Made by a program: the position numbers and the translations under genes. This document shows positions 1-31,996 of a stretch of 64,000 bases of DNA, piece by piece. The stretch is from the NCBI RefSeq assembly GCF_009914755.1, contig NC_060930.1; one strand, given 5' to 3'. Positions within the stretch are counted from its first letter, which is position 1; each line of letters opens with the position of its first letter. This stretch comes from the human T2T-CHM13v2.0 reference genome, Homo sapiens. A model generated the notes under the pieces. It was given only the letters and a program-made list of their open reading frames with translations. It had not been told where the DNA came from and did not search any database.

Positions 1-4331
<4,331 letters not shown>

Positions 4332-4350
4332 AGGAATTCTTAAGAGAATC

Positions 4351-4791
4351 TGTGACGGTCAATACTGAGTGTCAACTTGACTGGATTGAAAAATACAAAT
4401 TATTGATCCTGGGTGTGTTTGTGAGGGTGTTGCTAAAGGAGATTAACATTTGTGTTAGTGGGCTGGGAAAGCCAGACCCATCCTTAATCTGGGTGGACAC
4501 CATCTAATCAGCTGCCAGCATGGCTACAATATAAGAATCAGGCAGAAAAATGTGAAAAGAGAGGCTGGCCTACCCTCCCAGCCTACACCCTTCTGCTGTG
4601 CTGGATGCTTCCTGCTCTTGAACATTGAACTCCAAGTTCTTCAGTTTTGGATCTCAGACTGGCTCTCCTTGCTCCTCCACCTGCAGATGGCCTATTTTGG
4701 GACCTTGTGATCATGTGAGTTAATACTTAATAAGCTCATATATATATGTATGTATTCCATTAGTTCTGTCCCTCTAGATAACTCTAATACA
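4351..4791 (+). mobile_element. MLT2A-like (HERV-L) solo LTR
   Basis: TG...CA termini (tgtgacggtcaatactgagtgtcaacttga ... ctctaataca). Near-perfect 5-bp TSD gaatc (4346-4350) / gaatt (4792-4796). Confidence 0.88.
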
Positions 4792-5608
4792 GAATTCTAA
4801 TTGGGGGAGCAAAAGGACAATATCTACCATGATGCAAACACACACACAAAAATACTCACTCTTAGAGCAGATACACAGATGAGAAAGAGAAAGTAGCCAA
4901 AGGTTACCACTATAGAGAACCATCCAATGACAGTGATAAACTATAAAAGAGGATGAAAGAAGCAAAAGATATATAAAACAGTGAAAAACAGTTAACAAAA
5001 TGACAGAAATAAGTCCTTATCTATCAATAGTAACTTTGAATGAAAATGGAATAAATTCCTCACTTACAAGATATAGACAGGCTGAAATAATTAAAAAACC
5101 TAACTATATGCTGCCTATATCACTTCACCTTTAAAGACACATATAGGCTGAATATGAAGGGATAGAAAAAGATTCCATGCAAACAGAAACCAAAAGTGAG
5201 TAGCAGTAGCTATATTTATAGCAGATAAAACAGAATTTAGGTCAAAAATAGTAAAAAAGACAAGAATATTATATATTGATAAAGGGATAACTTCAGCAAG
5301 AGGATATAATAATTTTAAATATGTATGTATCAACATGAGAACACTCAGATAGATAAAACAAGCATATCTAAGAAGAGCAGTAGACTCCAAAATAATACTA
5401 GTTGGGGACTTCAGTACCCCATTATCAGCAGTGGACAGATCATCTAGAAAATCAACAAAAAAATATTGGATTTAAACTGCACTTCAGGCCAAATAGACCC
5501 AATAGATATTTACAAACATTTCATCCAATGGCTGCAGAACACATTCTGCTCAGCAGCATATAGAACATTCTCAAGGATAGATTATATGTAAGGCCACCAA
5601 ACAAGTAG

Positions 5609-6430
5609 CTTCAACAAGCATATGGAAAAATTCTCAGCATCACTAATCATTAGAGGAATGCAAATCAAACCACAATGAGATACCATCTCACATCAATCAG
5701 AATGGCTATTATCAAAAAGTCAAAAAACAACAGATACTGGTGAGGTTGCAGAGAAACGGGAACACTTATACAATGCTGGTGGAAATGTAAGTCAGTTCAG
5801 CCACTGAGGAAGGAAGTTTGGTGATTTTTCTTTTTTCTTTTTTTCTTTTTTAGTTTGGTGATTTTTCAAAGAACTCAAAGCAGTATTACCATTTGACTCA
5901 GTGATCCCATTATTGGGTATATACCTAAAGAAATATAAATTGCTATACCATAAAGATACATGCATGTATATATCCATCACAGCACTATTCACAATTCCAA
6001 AGACATAAGATCAACCTAAATGTCCATCAACAATTGACTGGATAAAGAAAATGTGGTACATACACACCCCAGAATACTATGCAGTCATCAAAAAGAATGA
6101 GATCATGTCCTTTGCAACAACATGGATGGAGCTGGAGGCCATTATCCTAAGCAAACTAACACACGAACAGAAAACAAAGATACTGCCTGTTTTCACTTAT
6201 AGTAGGAGCTAACCATTGAGTATATATGGACACAAAGAAGGGAACAACAGACACTGGGGCTTATGTGAGAGTGGAGGGTGGGAGAAGGATGAGAACTGAA
6301 CAAGTACCTATCAGGTACTATGTTTATTACCTGGGTGATGAAACAATCTGTACACCAAACCCCCATGACATGCAATTTACCTATATAACAAACCTGGACA
6401 TGTACCCTTGAACCTAAAATAAAATAAAAA
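5609..6430 (+). mobile_element. 5'-truncated L1 3' end (L1PA15/16-like) nested in the older L1
   Basis: ORF2 C-terminus and a 3'UTR ending ...catgtacccttgaacctaaaataaaa. Degenerate TSD caaacaagtag (5598-5608) / caaataagtgg (6431-6441). Confidence 0.82.
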
Positions 6431-6720
6431 CAAATAAGTGGCCTTAACACATTTTAAAATATCAAAATTCTATCAAGTATCTTCTCAGATCACAGGGGCA
6501 TAAAACTAGAAATCAGTAACAAGAAAAACTATGGAAACTGTACAAATACATGGAGAATAAACAATGTGCTCCTGAATGACCACTGGGCCAATGAAGAAAT
6601 TAAGAAGGAAATTAAAAAATTTTGAAAGAAATGAAAATGAAAATATAACATATTAAAAGCTATGGGATACAGCAAAAGTAGTACTAAGAGAGAAGTGCAT
6701 AACAAGAAATACCTACATCA

Positions 6721-8573
6721 GCTCTCCCTCTCCCTCTCCCTCTCCCTCTCCCTCTCCCTCTCCCCACAGTCTCCCTCTCCCTCTCTTTCCACAGTCTCCC
6801 TCTGATGCCGAGCGGAAGCTGGACTGTACTGCTGCCGTCTCGGCTCACTGCAACCTCCCTGCCTGATTCTCCTGCCTCAGTCTGCCGAGTGCCTGCGATT
6901 GCAGGCGCGCGCCACCACGACTGACTGGTTTTTGTATTTTTTTGGTGGAGACAGGGTTTTGCTGGGTTGGCTGGGCTGGTCTCCAGCTCCTAACCGTGAG
7001 TGATCCGCCAGCCTCAGCCTCCCGAGGTGCCGGGATTGCAGATGGAGTCTTGTTCACTCAGTGCTCAATTGTGCCCAGGCTGGAGTGCAGTGGCGTGATC
7101 TCGGCTCGCTACAACCTCCACCTCCCAGCCGCCTGCCTTGGCCTCCCAAAGTGCTGAGATTGCAGCCTCTGCCCGGCCACCACCCCATCTGGGATGTGAG
7201 GAGCCCCTCTGCCTGGCTGCCCAGTCTGGAAAGTGAGGAGCATCTCTGCCCAGCCGCCATCCCATCTAGGAAGTGAGGAGCACCTCTTCCCGGCCGCCAT
7301 CCCATGTAGGAAGTGAGGAGCGTCTCCGCCCCACCGCCCATTGTCTGAGATGTGGGGAGTGCCTCTGCCCCCCGCCCCATCTGGGATGTGAGGAGCACCT
7401 CTGCCCGGCCGCGACCCCGTCTGTGAGATGAGGAGCGTCTCTGCCCGGCTGCCCCGTCTGAGAAGTGAGGAGACCCTCCGCCTGGCAACCACCCCATCTG
7501 AGAAGTGAGGAGCCCCTCCGCCCGGCAGCCACCCCATCTGAGAAGTGAGGAGCCCCTCCGCCTGGCAGCCACCCCATTTGGGAAGTGAGGAGCGTCTCCG
7601 CCCGGCAGCCACCCCGTCTGGGAGGGAGGTGGGGGTCAGCCCCCACCTGGCCAGCTGCCCCGTCTGGGAGGGAGGTGGGGGGGTCAGCCCCCCACCCAGC
7701 CAGCCACCCCATCCGGGAGGGAGATGGGGGGTCAATACCCCCCCCCCGGCAAGCCGCCCCATCCGGGAGGGAGGTGGGGGGGTCAGTCCCCCGCCCGGCC
7801 AGCTGCTCCATCCGGGAGGGAGGTGGGGGGGTCAGCCCCCCGTCCGGCCAGCCGCCCCGTCTGGGAGGGAGGTGGGGGGGTCAGCCCCCCGCCCGGCCAG
7901 CCACCCCATCTGGGAGGTGAGGGGCACCTCTGCCCGGCCGCCCCTACTGGGAAGTGAGGAGCCCCTCTGCCCTGCCACCACCCCGTCTGGGAGGTGTACC
8001 CAACAGCTCATTGAGAACGGGCCATGATGACAATGGCGGTTTTGTGGAATAGAAAAGGGGGAAAGGTGCAGAAAAGATTGAGAAATCGGATGGTTGCTGT
8101 GTCTGTGTAGAAAGAAGTAGACATGGGAGACTTTTCATTTTGTTCTGTACTAAGAAAAATTCTTCTGCCTTGGGATCCTGTTGATCTATGACCTTACCCC
8201 CAACCCTGTGCTCTCTGAAACATGTGCTGTGTCCACTCAGGGTTAAATGGATTAAGGGCGGTGCAAGATGTGCTTTGTTAAACAGATGCTTGAAGGCAGC
8301 ATGCTCGTTAAGAGTCATCACCACTCCCTAATCTCAAGTACCCAGGGACACAAACACTGCGGTAGGCCGCAGGGTCCTCTGCCTAGGAAAACCAGAGACC
8401 TTTGTTCACTTGTTTATCTGCTGATCTTCCCTCCACTATTGTCCTATGACCCTGCCAAATCCCCCTCTGGGAGAAACACCCAAGAATGATCAGTAAAAAA
8501 AATAAAATAAAAAAAAGATAATCTCTATATGTGCAGATAGAAATGATCTCCAAAATCAGTTAAGGTACAGAAA

Positions 8574-8616
<43 letters not shown>

Positions 8617-8618
8617 AA
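6721..8618 (+). mobile_element. Full-length SVA retrotransposon (SVA_D-like) with short 3' transduction
   Basis: (CCCTCT)n hexamer head 6721-6765, Alu-like domain, GC-rich VNTR about 7170-8000, SINE-R to about 8495, A-rich tails. Exact 17-bp TSD aagaaatacctacatca at 6704-6720 and 8619-8635. Confidence 0.97.
8571..8615 (+). repeat. (AAAT)n microsatellite derived from the SVA poly(A) tail
   Basis: About 11 AAAT units directly visible. Confidence 0.95.
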
Positions 8619-8902
8619 AAGAAATACCTACATCAAAAAAGTAGAAAGATTTTAAATAAACGGCCTAATGATGCATCTCAAAGAACTAGAAAAGCAAGAA
8701 CAAACCAAAACCCAAATTAGGAGAAGGCAAAAATAATAAAGATTAGAGAATAAATAAATGAAATTGAGAATAAAATAATACAAAAAATTAGAAAAAATGT
8801 TGGATGTTTGAAAAGATAAACAAAATTGACAAACCATTAGCTAGATTAAGAAAAAAGAGAGAAGACTCAAATAAAGAAAATCAGAAAGAAAAAAGGAGAC
8901 AC

Positions 8903-10197
8903 GAAGGAAGTGGCCAAGATGGCTGACTAGAAGCAGCTAGTGTGTGGCTCTCACAGAGAGGAACAGAAAGGGTGAGTAAATACAACACCTTCAACTGAAA
9001 CATCCAGGTACTCGCATTGGGACTAATCAAGGAAACAACTTGACCCACGGGAAACATAGAAAAGCAAGACAGAACAATGGCTCACCTGAGAGCAACATGA
9101 AGCCGGGGAACCTCCACCAACCAGGAAAGTGGTGAGTGAATGTGCAACCTCAGGAAACCATGCTTCTCCCATGAATCTTTGTAACAGGAGATCTTGCGAA
9201 CCCACTCCATCAGAGCCTCCAGTCTGACAGACAGAGCTACGTGGATTCTCAGCAGAGCAGGCACCCAGGCATGCGTGGAGATCCTGGAGACTTAGATACT
9301 CGGGATTTCTGTCAAAAGTAGCTGCAGCTTTGGCAAAATGGGAGATTACACCCCCATACATACCCCTAGGAAAGAGGCTGAATCCAGGAGGCTGAGCAGT
9401 GACAGCCTGCAGGCACCAGTTCCACAGCACCTCACAAGATAAGGCCTACAGGCTTGCAATTTCAACCAGCCAATTGTAGCAGCATTGCAGCTCCCTAAGA
9501 ATAAGCTACCAGGGTGTGGGGCAGGCTGCCATCTTTGCCATTTGGCCACCTTAGCCATTCCACCCTTCAGGCTTTGGAGAGTCCAAGCTGACTGAGGGCA
9601 GAAGGGATCCCCCAGCACAGGACAGTTTCTCTACTAAAACATGGCCAGACTGCTGCTTTAGGCAGATACTTAAAGCAGATATACTGTCCCTCCTCACTGG
9701 GTGGGGGGAATTTTGAACTTGGGCCTCCAGCCAATTGCACTCATGATCTCCAGCTGACAGAGATTTGAATCGCTACTGGGATGGCACTCCCAGAGGGAGA
9801 GATGGGCTGCCTTGTTTGTTGTTTGAGCAACTTAGTTGTTTCAGCCATTGGGCTCTGGAAAGTTCAAGTCAATCCAGGGCTGAATGGATCCCTCAATACA
9901 GCACAGCTCCTCAACCAAAATGTGGCCAGACTCCTTCTTTAAGTGGGTCCCCAGTCCCACTGGGTGGGGTCCTCCCAACCAGGGCCTCCAGCCACCTCCA
10001 TGTGTGTTCTTCAGTCAACAGAGAGCTGAATTCTCCCTGGGACAGTGCTCCCTGTGGGGTGGGGGTGGGGGGGGTAGGCCGCCATCTTTGCTATTCGGGT
10101 GACTTAGCTGTTCCAGCCTTTGGGCATTGGAGAGGCTGAGCTGATCAGGGGCAAAAATGATGCCCCAGCACAACACAGCTTCTCTACCAAAACATGG
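8903..10197 (+). mobile_element. 5'UTR of an older primate L1 (L1PREC2/L1PA13-16-like), truncated
   Basis: Starts gtggccaagatggctgactagaagcagctag. Three related internal units end in ...aaaa(c)a/gtggccagact (about 9525-9655, 9805-9935, 10078-10197). It resumes for about 12 bp (ccagacttattc) at 16710 after THE1. Confidence 0.75.
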
Positions 10198-16704
<6,507 letters not shown>

Positions 16705-16721
16705 TATGGCCAGACTTATTC

Positions 16722-23195
<6,474 letters not shown>

Positions 23196-23411
23196 TTTGT
23201 TTCCAAGTTTTTGTTGTGGTAAAATATGTATTACACAGTATGTATTTTGTTAATCATTTTAAGTGTACATTCGGTGGTATTAAGTACATTCATATTTTTG
23301 TACAACCTTCATCACCATGATCCATTTCCAGAATGCTTTTCATCTTACAAAACTAAAACAATACATTTATTTAACAATAACTCCCCATTTACCCTTCCCC
23401 CAGGTCATGGC

Positions 23412-24013
23412 TGTTGTGGTAAACTGAGGAATAGAGAGACCAATACAGAGTATAGGAGGATTTGTTTATTTTAGGTATGCATCAGCTCAGAGGATTCACA
23501 TCCAAAAGCTGATCCCTGAACAAAGACAGAGTGGGGTTTTTATAAGCGGCCTTACAGAAGCAAAATAAAAGCAGTAGCAAAATAAAAGCAGTTAATCATA
23601 CAGTAATAGGTCACATAATCTATAGCATAACATTAACTTGTGACCTAGACTGTGGCCTTGTAGCTGCATTAAAAGAAAAACAAGAACTGGCTAAATACAG
23701 ACATTTGTAAAACATAATCATGCTAATCATGCTTAAGAAGCCTGGGAAAAGAGTAACAGTAAAAGAACCTGTCTTTCTCTTTATTTTCTTTCAACCTTGC
23801 TCTGGAAGGGAGGAGTGTGTCTGGAGCCTACTTTTTTGGCCTTGGCTATTTGGACTGCATTATCTTCTAACTGTCCTTGAAGTGAGCTGCTAGGCAGAGA
23901 AAAACTTGTTCTTTTCTTTTTAACCTTTGCTTTGCCACATTCTGGGCCTTAGCTTTTACTTTTCTTGGAGTGAATAAATGCAGTACTTATTATTATTTTA
24001 AATATCTGCCTCA
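23412..24013 (-). repeat. 3' LTR of the ERV3-like provirus (LTR4/LTR76-like)
   Basis: Minus strand TGAGGCAG...CA. Direct repeat of 36174-36773. Preceded by a polypurine tract (aaagaggggaaac, 24014-24026). Confidence 0.93.
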
Positions 24014-26951
24014 GTTTCCCCTCTTTGGTGCCTTTTATAAAAGAAGTTTAATAGGAGGTATCACTATTACTTAGTTCTGCCTGAAGAGACAAGTTTTCTT
24101 CTTTAGACAAAGGTTGATATTTAAGCAGAGCCATTAGCTGAGTGGTAGTTTGCCTAGCTACTATTGCCTCTATAGTTGATTGAATGCTTCTAACAAAGAG
24201 AAGGAAGAGACAAGGGAGTATTAGGCAACTTCCTAGTATGGCCAGAACCACTCCTATTAAAGTCTTGGACCTTCTGAAAAATGAAAACTGGCCTACAAAG
24301 AGAGAATCTGGGGACCACATTTTCCAGGTTTGAACTGGAACATGGGCTAATTTTTCTCATTCTTGCAGTTATTTCCATAATTGCTTTTCCATTGTCATTG
24401 ATTTCCAGACAACAATTAGTTAGATTGAACTTTCCACATACTCCTCCTTCCTGGGCTAGGATGTAGTCTATAAAGCTAATCTGTTCTGATAGATAGTGTT
24501 TCTCATTTTTGTGGTTTGCTGGGCCAGTAAATCTAATGCATTTGCTGCTTCATTAGTGATGATTTCAAGTACTGCCTGCAACCTTATGATGTGGTGAAGC
24601 ATGTAAATAGGAGTGCGGTATCCCTATGATCCATCTTGTGCCCAGGTAGCTGGCCCATAGTATTGAATTATTTTTTCAGGGGGCTCATCTGTGTCTTTTT
24701 AATATCCTATTTTTATATCTCTCTTTATGTCTGCATCTCTTTTGTTTCTTCTTCTAAGTTCATCATACACAGGATCCCCTAAAGTTTTTCTCTATTGCAG
24801 TGGGAGTAGGAATAAAGATGGTCTAATTGTTCTAAGCACACAGGCCCCTGCCCATTTAACTGGCAACTGTTGATATGCCCATAGCCCACAGATCCAATAA
24901 AGACTGGGGGTTGCTTGCCAAGTATTTGGAGATTCAAGTTGATACCAAGTGTGGTTTAGAGAAGAGAAACGGGAGAACAGATTTGGATAAGGTGCTCTGT
25001 AGTCATCTGTGCCCTGCCACAAAGTTTTCCTTAATGTTTCATTGTAATATTGCCGTCCTAAGCAGGTTATTTCTCCTACTGGGTCTGTAAAAGCCTTTCC
25101 TCAGCGAGCAACACAGTATCTTCTAATAATAGAAGTTTTTAAGAGCCAGACGCTTGAACTTGTGGGCATCTGTTTGGGGAAAGAGTCACTCAGAGTAAAG
25201 TTATCTTGAGGCATTAACTTTTTTGCTTCCCAAGGCCATTGGTCTCCTATGTTAGTCCTTCCACAAACATAACATGAGCAAATGCCTAGGCTGCTGACAA
25301 TGTTTTCAACCAGCTGAATAAATAGGTTTTTGGCTAAAGGAGGAGGCTCTGGTAACTTCTGGTTTATATGCTCAAAGAATGACTTAAAGACCCATAATTG
25401 TTGCTGGGCTGACTGGTTGGTTTGAGTCCTGTTTAGAATATATAGTTATTTTAGCTTTTTGACCATAGCTTTGTAATGCCATGAAGTAACCTGTAGTCCA
25501 TATAGGTACATCTGGCTTTAAGATAGTAAGATTTACAGGATTGCAAGTGCTTGTCTTACAATTCGGTTTTGCTGGTACTCTGATGAGCAAGATTGGCTTG
25601 GCCTTGGTGATGATGTGTCAGTGAACTGTGTTGTGCAGTTCGGGTAAGCTATTGCTAGGGCCTTGGAAGGATAAACAGGGGGTGCACATACAATTTTGTA
25701 CTGGCAATTTGTATAATACCTTGTAGGACCAGAGATTGTGAGATGCGTTTGGTTCATGGATGTTAACTGACAAATATCAAAGTATATGGATATAGCTCCC
25801 CACTCTGGAAAGAGAGGCTTGGGTTTGACTTACAAGACTTCCTTCTTTTGACTTGGTATGAATCTCAAATTAAGTCCCAGGTAAAGGCTTAGGGTCATAA
25901 CATATATAAGGCTGGCCATTTCCTGGGTCACAAATTGAATAGGTGGTCTGATTATAAGTACAAGCTCCTAAGTGAGTCCTTGTACACTCATAATAAGTAT
26001 AGTACAATAGGGTTCTAGTTATATTGTTCCCTGACCAAGTAGTATGTTACAGTGGGGACACCCTTCTTTTTTTTTTCTTTTTTCCTCTTTTTCTTTTTTT
26101 TATTTAATGGTTTTATATTACTATTATTATTATTATACTTTAAGTTTTAGGATACATGTGCACAATGTGCAGGTTAGTTACATATGTATACATGTGTCAT
26201 GCTGGTGTGCTGCACCCATTAACTCGTCATTTAGCATTAGTTATATCTCCTAAAGCTATCCCTCACCCCTCCCCCCACCCCACAACAGTCCCCAGAGTGT
26301 GATGTTCCCCTTCCTGTGTCCATGTGTTCTCATTGTTCAATTCCCACCTATGAGTGAGAATATACGGTGTTTGGTTTTTTGTTCTTGCGATAGTTTACTG
26401 AGAATGATGATTTCCAATTTCATCCATGTCCCTACAAAGGACATGAACTCATTATTTTTTACGGCTGCATAGTATTCCATGGTGTATATGTGCCACATTT
26501 TCTTAATCCAGTCTATCATTGATGGACTTTTGGGTTGGTTCCAAGTATTTGCTATTGTGAATAGTGCCGCAATAAACATACATGTGCATGTGTCTTTATA
26601 GCAGCATGATTTATAGTCCTTTGGGTATATACGCATTAATGGGATGGCTGGGTCAAATGGTATTTCTAGTTCTAGATCCTTGAGCAATCACCACACTGAC
26701 TTCCACAATGGTTGAACTAGTTTACAGTCCCACCAACAGTGTAAAAGTGTTCCTATTTCTCCATATCCTCTCCAGCACCTGTTGTTTCCTGACTTTTTAA
26801 TGATTGCCATTGTAACTGGTGTGAGATGGTATCTCATTGTGGCTTTGATTTGCATTTCTCTGATGGCCAGTGATGGTGAGCATTTTTTCATGTGTCTTTT
26901 GGCTGCATAAATGTCTTCTTTTGAGAAGTGTCTGTTCATGTCCTTCACCTA

Positions 26952-27629
<678 letters not shown>

Positions 27630-27632
27630 TTA

Positions 27633-28508
<876 letters not shown>

Positions 28509-28511
28509 CTA

Positions 28512-28922
<411 letters not shown>

Positions 28923-29085
28923 TTATTCTCTGATGGTAGTTTGTATTTCTGGGGGATTGGTGGTGATATCCCCTTTATCATTTTTTATTGCATCTATTTG
29001 ATTCTTCTCTCTTTTCTTCTTTATTTGTCTTGCTAGCAGTCTATCAATTTTGTTGATACTTTCACAAAACCAGCTGCTGGATTCA

Positions 29086-30165
29086 TTAATTTTTTGAAGA
29101 GTTTTTTTGTGTTTCTATGTCCTTCAGTTCTGCTCTGATTTTAGTTATTTCTTGCCTTCTGCTAGCTTCGGATTGTGTTTGCTCTTGCTTTTCTAGTTCT
29201 TTTAATTGTGATGTTAGGGTGTCAATTTTGGATCTTTCCTGCTTTCTCTTGTGGGCATTTAGTGCTATAAATTTCCCTCTACACACTGCTTTGAATGTGT
29301 CCCAGAGATTCTGGTATGTTGTGTCTTTGTTCTCGTTGGTTTCAAAGAACATCTGTATTTTTGCCTTCATTTCGTTATATACCCAGTAGTCATTCAGGTG
29401 CAGGTTGTTCAGTTTCCATGTAGTTGAGCGGTTTTGAGTGAGTTTCTTAATCCTGAGTTCTAGTTTGATTGCACTGTGGTCTGAGAGACGGTTTGTTATA
29501 ATTTCTGATCTTTTACATTTGCTGAGGAGTGCTTTACTTCCAACTATGTGGTCAATTTTGGAATAGGTGTGATGTGGTGCTGAAAAAAATGTATATTCTG
29601 TTGATTTGGGGTGGAGAGTTCTGTTGATGTCTATTAGGTCTGCTTGGTGCAGAGCTGCATTGAATTCCTGGGTATCCTTGTTAACTTTCTGTCTCGTTGT
29701 TCTGTCTAATGCTGACAGTGGGGTGTTAAAGTCTCCCAATATTATTGTGTGGGAGTCTAAGTCTCTTTGTAGGTCACTCAGGACTTGCTTTATGAATCTG
29801 GGTGCTCCTGTATTGGGTGCATATATATTTAGGATAGTTAGCTCTTCTTGTTGAATTGATCCCTTTACCATTATGTAATGGCCTTCTTTGTCTCTTTTGA
29901 TCTTTGTTGGTTTAAAGTCTGTTTTATCCGAGAGTAGGATTGCAACCCCTGCCTTTTTTTGTTTTCGATTTGCTTGGTAGATCTGCCTCCATACTTTTAT
30001 TTTGAACCTATGTGTGTCTCTGCATGTGAGATGGGTTTCCTGAATACAGCACACTGATGGGTCTTGATTCTTTATCCAATTTGCCATTCTGTGTCTTTTA
30101 ATTGGAGCCTTTAGTCCATTTACATTTAAAGTTAATATTGTTATGTATGAATTTGATCCTGTCAT
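29086..30165 (-). pseudogene. L1 ORF2p N-terminal fragment (359 aa) covering the whole APE-like endonuclease domain
   Basis: ORF track: [14 protein letters not shown]...IQETH...IYAPN...GDFN...KIDH...SDHS; frameshifts after ...IETQK. Confidence 0.85.
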
Positions 30166-31813
30166 TATGATGTTAGCTGGTTATTTTGCTCAATAATTGA
30201 TGCAGTTTCTTCCTAGCCTCGCTGGTCTTTACAATTTGCCATGATTTTCCAGTGGCTGGTATCGGTTGTTCCTTTCCATGTTTAGTGCTTCCTTCAGGAG
30301 CTCTTTTAGGGCAGGCCTGGTTGTGACAAAATCTCTCAGCATTTGCTTGTCTGTAAAGTATTTTATTTCTCTTTCACTTATGAAGCTGAGTTTGGCTGGA
30401 TATGACATTCTGGGTTGAAAATTCTTTTGATTAAGAATGTTGAATATTGGCCCCCACTCTCTTCTGGTTTGTAGAGTTTCTGCCGAGAGATCCGCTCTTA
30501 GTCTGATGGATTTCCCTTTGTGGGTAACCCGACCTTTCTCTCTGGCTGCCCTTAATATTTTTTCCTTCATTTCAACTTTGGTGAATCTGACAATTATGTG
30601 TCTTGGTGTTGCTCTTTTCGAGGAGTATCTTTGTGGCGTTCTCCGTATTTCCTGAATCTAAACGTTGGACTGCCTTGCTAGATTGGGGAAGTTCTCCTGG
30701 ATAATATCCTGCAGAGTGTTTTCCAACTTGGTTCCATTCTCCCTGTCACTTTCAGGTACACCAGTCAGACGTAGATTTGGTCTTTTCACGTAGTCCCCTA
30801 TTTCTTGGAGGCTTTGTTCATTTTTTTTATTCTTTTTTCTCTAAACTTCCCTTCTCACTTCATTTCATCTTCCATCACTGATATGCTTTCTTCCAGTTGA
30901 TCGCATTGGCTCCTGAGGCTTCAGCATTCTTCACGTAGTTCTCGAGCCTTGGCTTTCAGCTCCATCAGCTCCTTTAAGTCCTTCTCTGTATTGGTTATTG
31001 TAGTTATAAGTTCTTCTAAATTTTTTCAATGTTTTCAACTTCTTTGCCTTTGGTTTGAATTTCCTCTTGTAGCTGAGAGTAGTTTGATTGTCTGAAGCCT
31101 TCTTCTCTCAACTCGTCAAAGTCATTCTCCATCCAGCTTTGTTCCGTTGCTGGTGAGGAGCTTCGTTCCTTTGGAGGAGGAGAGGCACTCTGCTTTTTAG
31201 AGTTTCCAGTTTTTCTGCTCTGTTTTTTCCCCATCTTTGTGGTTTTGTCTAGTTTTGGTCTTTGATGATGGTGATGTGCAGATGGGTTTTTAGTGTGGAT
31301 GTCCTTTCTGTTTCTTATTTTTCCTTCTAACAGACAGGACCCTCAGCTGCAGGTCTGTTGGCGTTTTCTAGAGGTCCACTCTAGACCCTGTTTGCCTGGG
31401 TACCAGCAGAGGTGGCTGCAGAACAGCAGATTTTCGTGAACCGAGAATGCTGCTGTTTGATCGTTCCTCTGGAAATTTTGTCTCGGAGGAGTACCCGGCC
31501 GTGTGAGGTGTCAGTCTGCCCCTACTGGGGGGTGCCTCCCATTTAGGCTGCTCGGGGGTCAGGGGTCAGGGACCCACTTAAGGAGGCAGTCTGCCCATTC
31601 TCAGATCTCCAGCTGCGTGCTGGGAGAACCACTGCTCTCTTCAAAGCTGTCAGACAGGGACATTTAAGTCTGCGGCGGTTACTGCTGTCTTTTTGTTTGT
31701 GCCCTGCCCCCAGAGGTGCAGCCTACAGATGCAGGCAGGCCTCCTTGAGCTGTGGTGGGCTCCACCCAGTTCGAGCTTCCCAGCTGCTTTGTTTACCTAA
31801 GCAAGCCTGGGCA

Positions 31814-31996
31814 ATGGCGGGCACCTCTCCCCCGGCCTCACTGCCACCTTGCAGTTTGATCTCAGACTGCTGTGCTAGCAATCAGCGAGACTCTGTGGGC
31901 ATAGGACCCTCTAAGCCAGTTGCGGGATATAATCTCCTGGTGCGCCGTTTTATAAGCCCATCGGAAAAGGGCAGTATTGGGGTGGGAGTGACCTGA
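31814..31996 (+). other. ORF0: L1 antisense ORF0 homologue (60 aa, prematurely terminated)
   Basis: gcaATGg then MAGTSPPASLPPCSLISDCCASNQRDSVGIGPSKPVAGYNLLVRRFISPSEKGSIGVGVT*, matching primate L1 ORF0 as recalled. Confidence 0.75.

Larger units (their letters stand above)
4797..8902 (+). mobile_element. Old L1 (L1MA/L1M-type) inter-ORF region and ORF2 endonuclease region; host of an L1PA16-like 3' end and an SVA
   Basis: Degenerate ORF2 start ATGACAGAAATAAGTCCTTATCTATCAATAGTAACTTTGAAT at 5000 (MTEISPYLSIVTLN). ORF2-like sequence resumes at about 6431-6720 and 8636-8902 after each insertion. Confidence 0.8.

Noticed and set aside
7054-8324. Several 120-217 aa GC-rich ORFs on both strands
   Set aside because: They lie in the SVA VNTR/SINE-R; stop-poor repeats give spurious repetitive ORFs.
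9525-10197. Three ~130-bp related units as a novel repeat system
   Set aside because: Consistent with the internally repetitive 5'UTR of older primate L1 families.
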